Origin: Oscillospiraceae bacterium
GTDB taxonomy: Bacteria > Bacillota > Clostridia > Oscillospirales > Oscillospiraceae
Reading direction: 5' to 3'
DNA length: 64,000 nt
NCBI GenBank assembly: GCA_022792945.1
Contig: JAAWBZ010000083.1
Span: forward strand, 7,435 to 71,434
Shown here: piece after piece, positions 56,899 to 64,000 of the stretch
How the letters are laid out: each line of letters starts with the position of its first letter
How positions within the stretch are numbered: position 1 is the stretch's first letter
Notes under the pieces: generated by a model
Database searches by the model: none
Seen by the model: the letters and a program-made list of their open reading frames with translations, nothing else
What the model was told of the DNA's origin: nothing
Translations under genes and position numbers: made by a program

Positions 56899-57276
56899 AT
56901 GGACACCGTGCAGGACGCGCTGGAGCTGGCGGCGATGATCCGGTATGAGGGCGGCGCAGCCTGCGCCGCGGTGGACAAACGGTCGGTGGCGGAGAACTTT
57001 GTCATCCTCAGCCGCGGCCTTGCGGGGGAGATTTTGCAGAAATTAACCAATTATCAGGTGAAGCTGGCCATTTACGGCGATTTCTCCCGCTGCACCAGCA
57101 AGCCCCTCCAGGATTTCATCCGGGAGTCCAACCGGGGCAGGGACTTTTTCTTTACCGAGGACCCGGGCGAGACGGTGGAACGGCTGGCGAAGGCTGGAAT
57201 CAGAGCAAAAGCGAGGGCGCGTCCAATGGACGCGTCCTCATTTTGCCGGCCCGCAGGTCTCCAGCGCCTCCTGTAA
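56899..57276 (+). CDS. DUF4180 domain protein, possibly N-terminally truncated
   Basis: GLAGEILQKLTNY, AIYGDFS and SKPLQDFIRESNRG motifs; begins directly at DTVQDALEL. Confidence 0.7.
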   Translation: MDTVQDALELAAMIRYEGGAACAAVDKRSVAENFVILSRGLAGEILQKLTNYQVKLAIYGDFSRCTSKPLQDFIRESNRGRDFFFTEDPGETVERLAKAGIRAKARARPMDASSFCRPAGLQRLL

Positions 57277-58224
57277 CAGCGCCCGGTACTGCTCAACCAC
57301 CGACGCCGGATAGAGGATCTGTGCCTTCCCGCCAAAGCCCGCCATCCAGCTCAAAAACATCGGCGAGACCGCGATCTCCGCCGTGAAGGTGAAATGCGAC
57401 GCTCCGTCCGGCACCAGCATTGAGTCCCGCCCGAACCGGTCGATCACCACCCCGGCCAGGGCGTTGGAAAACCGCATCCGCACCGGCTGCACCTGGCCGC
57501 TGTACATGGAAAAGACCGCCCGGGAGTATGCTCCCAGGTCCAGATTCCGGCTCTCCTCAGTCACGGCCCGGGGTGTGCCGGTGATGGTGATGGAGGTCAT
57601 CTTGTCCACCCGGTAATGGGTGATCCCGTGGCGCGCCGAGTCCGCGATCAGGTAGTAGTTCTCATCCGCCCAGCACAGCGCGTAGGGGCTGGCCTCGTAG
57701 AGGCCGGGGCGGTAGCGGCGGTTCTTCTGCCGGTCCCAGTCGAAGTAGCGGAAGGTGATGCGGCTGTTCCGGGCGATGGCCTCGTGGATGCAGTCCACGC
57801 TGTAGTAGACACTCTCATTCATGGTCTTGACCCGGCCCGAGACCACCACCTGCCGCCGCAGCTGCGTGGCCTCGTGGCGGCTGGAGAGCTGCTCCAGCTT
57901 GGCGATCAGCTCCAGGGACTTTTTCTCCGAGAGGAACCGGGACGACTGCACCGCGTCCACCAGCAGCTTCAGCTCCGGCAGCTCAAATAGCCGCGCGGCC
58001 AGATAGTACCCGCCGTGGTTCCCCGGTGTCCGCAGAATCTCCATGCCCAGGTCCTGGAGGCACTGGAGGTCGGCATACACGCTCTTCCGCCCGGCCTGGA
58101 TGCCGTTTGCCTCCAAGTGGCGGAGGATGCGCTCCATAGGGAGGGGATGGGCCTCGTCGCTCTCCTGCCGCAGCAGCTCCGTCAACAACAGCAGCTTCCT
58201 TTTCTGCCCTTCCGACCGCGCCAT
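57238..58224 (-). CDS. WYL-domain transcriptional regulator (wHTH-WYL-WCX)
   Basis: ATG 58224 after AGGAGG; RKSVYADL HTH, ELKLLVDAV, SPYAL..ADENYYL, YRVDKM and VIDRFG motifs. Confidence 0.9.
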   Translation of the reverse strand: MARSEGQKRKLLLLTELLRQESDEAHPLPMERILRHLEANGIQAGRKSVYADLQCLQDLGMEILRTPGNHGGYYLAARLFELPELKLLVDAVQSSRFLSEKKSLELIAKLEQLSSRHEATQLRRQVVVSGRVKTMNESVYYSVDCIHEAIARNSRITFRYFDWDRQKNRRYRPGLYEASPYALCWADENYYLIADSARHGITHYRVDKMTSITITGTPRAVTEESRNLDLGAYSRAVFSMYSGQVQPVRMRFSNALAGVVIDRFGRDSMLVPDGASHFTFTAEIAVSPMFLSWMAGFGGKAQILYPASVVEQYRALLQEALETCGPAK

Positions 58225-58327
58225 GGGACCGCCTCCTGAAAAAATCATCTTGCCCTATATTGTAGCACATCCCCTCTGGAAAATCGACAGGAAATATGCT
58301 ATCATAGCTGGGAAAGAGGGTGTGTGC

Positions 58328-59158
58328 ATGCTGTACGCAGGGTGTCATCTCTCCTCCGCCGGCGGATACGCGGCCATGGGGAGGACGGCGCTGTCCATCG
58401 GCGCCAATACGTTTCAGTTTTTTACGCGGAATCCCCGGGGCGGCCGGGCCAGGGCTTTCGACCCGGCGGACGCCCAGGCGCTGAATGATCTGCGGCGCGC
58501 CCACGGCTTCGGCCCCATCGTGGCTCACGCGCCCTATACCATCAACCCCTGCTCCAAGGAGCCGCGCACCCGGGAGTTTGCCCGGGAGACCATGGCCGAC
58601 GACCTCAAGCGCCTGGAGTTTCTGGACGGCTGCTATTATAACTTCCATCCCGGCTCCCATGTGGGCCAGGGCGTGAAGGCCGGCATCGCGGCCATTGCCG
58701 CGGCGCTGGACGAGGTGCTGGAGCCAGCGGGGAAAACGGTGGTCCTCCTGGAAACCATGGCCGGCAAGGGCACCGAGGTGGGCGGGCGGCTGGAGGAGCT
58801 GCGGGATATCCTGGACGCCGCGGCGCGGACGGAGCGCCTGGGCGTCTGCGTGGATACCTGCCACGTTTCCGACGCCGGCTACGACATCCTGGGCGATCTG
58901 GACGGTTTTCTGGCGGAGTTCGACCGCGTGATCGGCCTATCACGCATGCGGGCGCTGCACCTCAACGACAGCAAAAACCTGCCCGGCAGCCGCAAGGACC
59001 GCCACGCCTGCCTGGGAGAGGGAACGTTGGGGCTGGAGACCTTCCGCCGCATTGTGAACCACCCGGCCCTGCGGGGCCTGCCCATGGTGCTGGAAACCCC
59101 CAACGAGCTGCCGGGCTACGCGGCGGAGATTGCCATGCTCCGCGGATTTTCTGAATAA
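58328..59158 (+). CDS. nfo: Endonuclease IV
   Basis: GCHLS, QFFTRNPR, HAPY, HPGS, ETMAGKG, DTCH, HLNDS and DRH motifs. Confidence 0.95.
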   Translation: MLYAGCHLSSAGGYAAMGRTALSIGANTFQFFTRNPRGGRARAFDPADAQALNDLRRAHGFGPIVAHAPYTINPCSKEPRTREFARETMADDLKRLEFLDGCYYNFHPGSHVGQGVKAGIAAIAAALDEVLEPAGKTVVLLETMAGKGTEVGGRLEELRDILDAAARTERLGVCVDTCHVSDAGYDILGDLDGFLAEFDRVIGLSRMRALHLNDSKNLPGSRKDRHACLGEGTLGLETFRRIVNHPALRGLPMVLETPNELPGYAAEIAMLRGFSE

Positions 59159-59244
59159 AGTATAAATTTTCCCGGCGGTCCTTGACGGCCCCGGGCGGTA
59201 TATGATACCTTTATGTGGAGAGAATGGAAAGGGGATCGGATGCT

Positions 59245-60525
59245 ATGAAACCGGATCAGGAAGGGTACTGGATGCGGCGGCTGCTCAAGGGAATCCTCAT
59301 TGCGCTGGTGGTGCTGATTTTTATTCTGGTGTTTACCAATCTGGGGGCGTTCTCCGGCGCGGTCAGCGGGCTGATGCAGGTGTTCTCGTCGATTTTGTAC
59401 GGCTTTTTGTTTGCGTACCTGCTGAATCCGCTGGTGAACTTTGTGGATAAGCGGCTGTGCCCCTTCCTCCAGAAGCGCTGGAAGGGCAGACGGGTCAAGG
59501 GCTTCAGCCGGCTAGTGGGGATGCTGTTCGCCTTCGCGGTGGCGGCGCTGCTGATTTACGCCATTGTCAACATGATCGTGCCGCAGGTGGCTGAGAGCAT
59601 CATGAGCATCGGCGGGAAAATGGAGTCCTACTACCGCAGCGTGGAGACATGGGTGCTGAACATTCTGGAGGATAATCCGGAGTTCAAGGCCTACGCCGAC
59701 CGGGCGCTGGAGAAGATCTTTGAGTTTCTGGACAACTTCGTGGAGAACGAGCTGCTGGGCAGCGCGCAGAAGATCGTGGTCCAGGTGACGGCCTCGGCCT
59801 ATGCGGTGGTCCGCGAGGTGATCAACATGGTCATCGGCGTGGTGGTGGCCATCTATGTGCTGTTTTCCAAGGACAAATTCCTGGCCCAGGCCAAGAAGAT
59901 CCTGGTGGCGGCCTTTGAGCCGGAGACCACCGACCGCCTGATGGAGCACGGCCGGCAGATCGACCGTATTTTCAACGGCTTCATCATCGGCAAGCTCATC
60001 GATTCGTTGATTATTGGTATCCTCTGCTACATCGGCATCAGCATTCTGCGGATGCCCTATACGGTGCTGGTCGCCACCATCGTGGGCCTTACCAATATCA
60101 TTCCCTATTTTGGCCCCATTCTGGGCGCGGTGCCCTGCGCGGTGCTGATTTTGCTGGAGGACCCGCTCAAATGCTTCTATTTCGTGATTTTCATCCTGGT
60201 TTTGCAGCAGATCGACGGCAATATCATCGGGCCGCGCATCCTGGGCAGTAATCTGGGAATTTCCAGCTTTTGGATTCTGGTGTCCATCAGCGTCGGCGGC
60301 GGGCTGTTCGGTTTCATGGGCCTGCTGCTGGGTGTGCCGGTGTTCTGCGTGCTCTACATGCTTGTCAGCGACGCGGTGAACCGCCGCCTGCGGCGCAAGG
60401 GGATGCGCACGGATACGGACGCCTATTTTGCCATCCAGTCGGTGGACGATCTGAGCTATCATGAGCCGCCGGCGCCGCCGCCCGCGGCGGAGGCGACTGA
60501 GCCGCCGGCAGGACCGTCGGAATAA
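59245..60525 (+). CDS. AI-2E family transporter
   Basis: AYLLNPLV, NIIPYFGP and LQQIDGNIIGPRILG motifs; multiple TMs. Confidence 0.9.
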   Translation: MKPDQEGYWMRRLLKGILIALVVLIFILVFTNLGAFSGAVSGLMQVFSSILYGFLFAYLLNPLVNFVDKRLCPFLQKRWKGRRVKGFSRLVGMLFAFAVAALLIYAIVNMIVPQVAESIMSIGGKMESYYRSVETWVLNILEDNPEFKAYADRALEKIFEFLDNFVENELLGSAQKIVVQVTASAYAVVREVINMVIGVVVAIYVLFSKDKFLAQAKKILVAAFEPETTDRLMEHGRQIDRIFNGFIIGKLIDSLIIGILCYIGISILRMPYTVLVATIVGLTNIIPYFGPILGAVPCAVLILLEDPLKCFYFVIFILVLQQIDGNIIGPRILGSNLGISSFWILVSISVGGGLFGFMGLLLGVPVFCVLYMLVSDAVNRRLRRKGMRTDTDAYFAIQSVDDLSYHEPPAPPPAAEATEPPAGPSE

Positions 60526-60611
60526 CGGCCGCGGATGCGGCCTTGTGGAGGGCTGCGCCCCGCGTTGGAGCGTTCCAATGCGGGGCGCGGTCCGTTGGGA
60601 AGGAGAAAGCT

Positions 60612-61688
60612 ATGGCAACGCTTCGCGTGAATCTTCAGGAGAGAAGCTATGAGATCGTCAATCGCCCCGGCGCGCTGGGCCAGTGCGGCGCGCTGGCGGC
60701 GCAGGTGCTGCGGGGCCGTCTGGCCTGCGTGGTCAGCGACAGCCGCGTGGCGCCGTTGTACGCGGACACGGTGCTGGAGAGCCTGCGCGGCGCCGGCTTG
60801 GAACCGTTTTTGCTGACTGTTTCCGCCGGGGAGCAGAGCAAGTGCCCCGCGCAGCTGGCACAGCTGTGGGAGCAGATGGCTGCCCACGGTATGACCAGGT
60901 CCGATACTGTGTTCGCCCTGGGCGGCGGTGTGGTGGGCGATCTGGCGGGCTTTGCGGCGGCGACCATGCTACGGGGGGTGGATCTGGTACAGCTACCCAC
61001 GACGCTGCTGGCTCAGGTGGACTCCTCGGTGGGCGGCAAGGTGGCGGTGGACCTCCGGGCGGGGAAGAACCTGGCTGGTTGCTTCTATCAGCCGAAGCTG
61101 GTGGTCATGGACCCGGAGACGCTGAATACCCTGCCGGACCGCGTCTTTGCCGACGGTATGGCTGAGGTAGTGAAGTACGGCTGTATCTGGGACGAGGCCC
61201 TCTTCGCCCGTCTGGAGGCCCTGCCGGACCGGGCGGCGGTCACGGCGGTGGTGGAGGAGATCACCACAGCCTGCTGTGACATCAAGCGGCAGGTGGTGGA
61301 GCAGGATGAGCACGATTTGGGGTTGCGGATGCTGCTGAATTTCGGCCATACCATGGGCCACGTCTATGAAAAGGCATACCGCTACGAGACCTACACCCAC
61401 GGCGAGGCCGTGGCCGCAGGCATGGTGGACGCCGCCCGCCTGGGCGAGCTGCTGGGCCATACCCCATCCGGGACTGCGGAACGCATCGCGGCGCTGGTCC
61501 GGCGGCACGGCCTTCCCGCTGCCATCCATGCCGGCCGGGCAGATGTGGAGGCCGCGTTGCGGCTGGACAAGAAGAATCTGGAGGGGGCGCTCCACTTCGT
61601 ATTCCTGGAGCGCCTGGGCCGCGCCAGGACCGAGCGCGTCGCCCGAGAGACCATTCTGGCCCACTGGAGGGACGGCGCATGGACCTGA
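60612..61688 (+). CDS. aroB: 3-dehydroquinate synthase
   Basis: ALGGGVVGDLAGF, PTTLLAQVDSSVGGK, LNFGHT and HGEAVA motifs. Confidence 0.96.
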   Translation: MATLRVNLQERSYEIVNRPGALGQCGALAAQVLRGRLACVVSDSRVAPLYADTVLESLRGAGLEPFLLTVSAGEQSKCPAQLAQLWEQMAAHGMTRSDTVFALGGGVVGDLAGFAAATMLRGVDLVQLPTTLLAQVDSSVGGKVAVDLRAGKNLAGCFYQPKLVVMDPETLNTLPDRVFADGMAEVVKYGCIWDEALFARLEALPDRAAVTAVVEEITTACCDIKRQVVEQDEHDLGLRMLLNFGHTMGHVYEKAYRYETYTHGEAVAAGMVDAARLGELLGHTPSGTAERIAALVRRHGLPAAIHAGRADVEAALRLDKKNLEGALHFVFLERLGRARTERVARETILAHWRDGAWT

Positions 61689-62908
61689 TCCTGAAGCCCG
61701 CCCGCCTGACGGGGGCAGTGATGCCGCCGCCATCCAAGTCCCAGGCCCACCGTCTGCTGATCGCCGCGGCGCTGTCCGACGGCGTCAGTGAGATTGAGGG
61801 CGTCTCGGACTCCCAGGATATGGAGGCCACCATCCGCTGCATGCGGGCGCTGGGGGCGGAATTCCGCCGCCGGGCGGGGGGCGTGAGCGTAACCGGCCTG
61901 TTTTGCGGCGGCGCGCCGCGCTGTGAGGCGTTGCCGCGGCTGGACTGCGGGGAGTCCGGCTCGACGCTGCGGTTTTTGATCCCCGTGGCCTTGGCTGTGG
62001 CAGGGGGCGGCGTGTTTATGGGCCGGGGACGGCTGATGGAGCGGCCGCAGACGGCGTATGCGGCGCTGTTTCGGGAAAAGGGCATTGCGTTTTCCCTGGA
62101 GGACAGCGTCCTGACTGTCCGCGGTGTGCTGCGCCCCGGGGACTACCGTCTGCCCGGAAACGTGTCCAGCCAGTTCTTTACGGGCCTTTTGTACGCCCTT
62201 CCGCTTTTGAACGGTCTCTCCCGCCTGGAGAGCACCACGGAGCTGGAGTCGGCGGGGTATCTGGATATGACGCTGGAGGCCCTGCACGGGGCCGGGATCA
62301 CCGCGGCGCGGACGGGCAATGCCTTTTTTGTAATGCCGGGGCACTATCGGTCTGGACGCTGGGCCGTGGAGGCCGACTGGTCCCAGGCGGCGTTCTTCTG
62401 CGTGGCCAACGGCATCGGAAATGCAATCCAAATTCTGGGCCTGAACCCGGATTCTGCCCAGGGCGACCGGGTGATAGAGAGTTATGTCAATCAAATGCGT
62501 GCTTCCGGCCCGGTGACGCTGGATGTGCGCCAATGTCCGGACCTGGCCCCGGCGCTGGCCCTACAGGCGGCGCTGCGGGCGGGGGAGATCACCCGGATCG
62601 TAGGCGCGGCCCGCCTGCGCATCAAGGAGAGCGACCGGCTGGCCACTGTGACTGCGGCGCTGTCCGCCCTGGGCGCGCAGATCGCCGAGGGACCGGAGAG
62701 CCTGGAAATCCATGGCGTTTCGGCCTTTCACGGCGGCGAGGCGCACAGCGGCAACGACCACCGCATCGCCATGATGACCGCCATGGCAGCTACCCGCGCA
62801 GACGGCCCGGTGATCCTGCGGGATGCCGGGTGCGTTGCCAAGTCCTACCCGGATTTCTGGCAGGTCTATGGGCGCCTGGGCGGCAAGTTTGAAGAAATCA
62901 AGGAGTAA
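61679..62908 (+). CDS. aroA: 3-phosphoshikimate 1-carboxyvinyltransferase
   Basis: PPSKS, GESGSTLRF, SSQF, LRIKESDR, DHRIAM and KSYPDF motifs. Confidence 0.96.
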   Translation: MDLILKPARLTGAVMPPPSKSQAHRLLIAAALSDGVSEIEGVSDSQDMEATIRCMRALGAEFRRRAGGVSVTGLFCGGAPRCEALPRLDCGESGSTLRFLIPVALAVAGGGVFMGRGRLMERPQTAYAALFREKGIAFSLEDSVLTVRGVLRPGDYRLPGNVSSQFFTGLLYALPLLNGLSRLESTTELESAGYLDMTLEALHGAGITAARTGNAFFVMPGHYRSGRWAVEADWSQAAFFCVANGIGNAIQILGLNPDSAQGDRVIESYVNQMRASGPVTLDVRQCPDLAPALALQAALRAGEITRIVGAARLRIKESDRLATVTAALSALGAQIAEGPESLEIHGVSAFHGGEAHSGNDHRIAMMTAMAATRADGPVILRDAGCVAKSYPDFWQVYGRLGGKFEEIKE

Positions 62909-62912
62909 CGCC

Positions 62913-63962
62913 ATGCGATATACGATTTTCGGAGAGTCCCACGGCCCAGCCATCGGCGTGGTGCTGGAGGACGTGCCGCCTGGACTGCGGCTGGACCTGG
63001 AGGCCGTGGAGCGGGAGCTGCGCCGCCGCGCGCCTGGACAGAACCAGCTGTCTACCCCCCGCAGGGAGGCGGACGCGGTCAAAATTCTCTCCGGCCTCTT
63101 TGAGGGCCGTACCTGCGGCACGCCGCTGTGCGCTGTGATCGAGAACACTGACACCCGTTCCGGCGACTACCAAAACGACCTGCCCCGGCCTGGCCACGCC
63201 GACTATACCGGTCATGTCCGCTATGAGGGCTGCAACGACTACCGCGGCGGCGGGCACTTCTCGGGCCGTCTGACGGCGCCGCTGGTGTTCGCCGGGGCGG
63301 TGGCCAAGCAGGAGCTGGCCAGGCAGGGCGTCTTTGTGGGCGCGCACATCCGCGCTGTTGCCGGGGTGGAAGACACGCCCTTTGACGGCATCCATGAAAC
63401 CAGAGAGCTCTTCGAGATGCTGGCGGCGAAGCCCTTTCCCACCGTTTCCGACGAGGCCGGGGCGCGGATGCGCAGGGCGATCTTCGCGGCCAAGGAGGAT
63501 TGCGACAGCGTGGGTGGCGTCATTGAGTGCTGCGCTGTGGGCCTTCCGGCAGGGCTGGGGAGTCCTGACTTTGGGCAGAATGTGGAAGGGATCGTCTCCC
63601 AGCACCTTTTCGCGGTGCCGGCGGTGAAAGCGGTGGCCTTTGGCGCGGGCTTTGGCTTTGCCGGGATGCGGGGCAGCGCGGCCAACGACCCCTTCTGCCT
63701 CCGGGACGGCAAAATCGCCACCGAGACCAACCACACCGGCGGTGTCAACGGCGGCATCACCAACGGGATGCCCCTGTGGTTTTCCGTGGCTGTGCGGCCC
63801 ACGCCGTCCATCTCGAGGCTGCAGCGGACCGTCTCCCTCTCCCGGCTGGAGCCGGCGGAGCTGGTGGTCCGCGGGCGGCACGATCCGTGCATTGTGCACC
63901 GGGCGGTGCCGGTGATCGAGGCGGCCTGCGCTTTGGCCCTTTGCCGGCTGATGCGGCGATAG
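62913..63962 (+). CDS. aroC: Chorismate synthase
   Basis: FGESHG, PRPGHAD, GGGHFSGR, GGITNG and GRHDPC motifs. Confidence 0.96.
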   Translation: MRYTIFGESHGPAIGVVLEDVPPGLRLDLEAVERELRRRAPGQNQLSTPRREADAVKILSGLFEGRTCGTPLCAVIENTDTRSGDYQNDLPRPGHADYTGHVRYEGCNDYRGGGHFSGRLTAPLVFAGAVAKQELARQGVFVGAHIRAVAGVEDTPFDGIHETRELFEMLAAKPFPTVSDEAGARMRRAIFAAKEDCDSVGGVIECCAVGLPAGLGSPDFGQNVEGIVSQHLFAVPAVKAVAFGAGFGFAGMRGSAANDPFCLRDGKIATETNHTGGVNGGITNGMPLWFSVAVRPTPSISRLQRTVSLSRLEPAELVVRGRHDPCIVHRAVPVIEAACALALCRLMRR

Positions 63963-63973
63963 GAGGAGAGACC

Positions 63974-64000
63974 ATGGATGAATTACAGCAATATCGGGCG
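63974..64000 (+). CDS. Start of next gene, probably a chorismate mutase-domain protein (partial)
   Basis: AGGAGG SD then MDELQQYRA, like AroQ N-termini, in an aro operon; only 9 codons are visible. Confidence 0.45.

Noticed and set aside
56899-59158. Anti-phage defence island around the WYL gene
   Set aside because: Neighbours are ppk1, nfo and an AI-2E transporter; no BREX, CBASS, restriction-modification or toxin-antitoxin genes.

Overview
GC-rich chromosomal segment from a spore-forming Clostridia-class bacterium (Oscillospiraceae-like gene content and order: SASP, ytfJ, dacB, ispH-rpsA fusion, polC, SLH protein). It is mostly housekeeping: metF; M50 protease-scpAB-DUF2953-ytfJ-dacB-rluB; rpiR-HI0933-cmk-plsC-ispH/rpsA; tetrapyrrole cluster hemA-sirC-hemC-cobA/hemD-hemB-hemL; glnS; pyrH-frr-uppS-cdsA-dxr-rseP-ispG-polC; hpf; prmA; yfmF-yfmH-lgt; thyA-folA; mrp-ppk1; nfo; aroB-aroA-aroC. 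I found no tRNA, rRNA, CRISPR array, transposase, integrase or prophage. The best candidates for undescribed biology are: (1) a ~115-nt non-coding RNA at 16466-16579 (-) with its own -10 box, four 11-bp-periodic upstream boxes, a long anti-Shine-Dalgarno CU tract and a terminator; (2) a promoter and perfect SD hidden inside the ispH half of the ispH-rpsA fusion, predicting a stand-alone S1 as a second product; (3) a tandem pair of exported ~480-aa paralogues of unknown function with a possible C5-epimerase-like helical domain, the second running into the hem operon; (4) a WYL regulator divergent from endonuclease IV; (5) a dispersed ~75-bp palindromic repeat, one copy abutting the uppS start codon. 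All functional calls come from reading motifs by eye; no database search was run.
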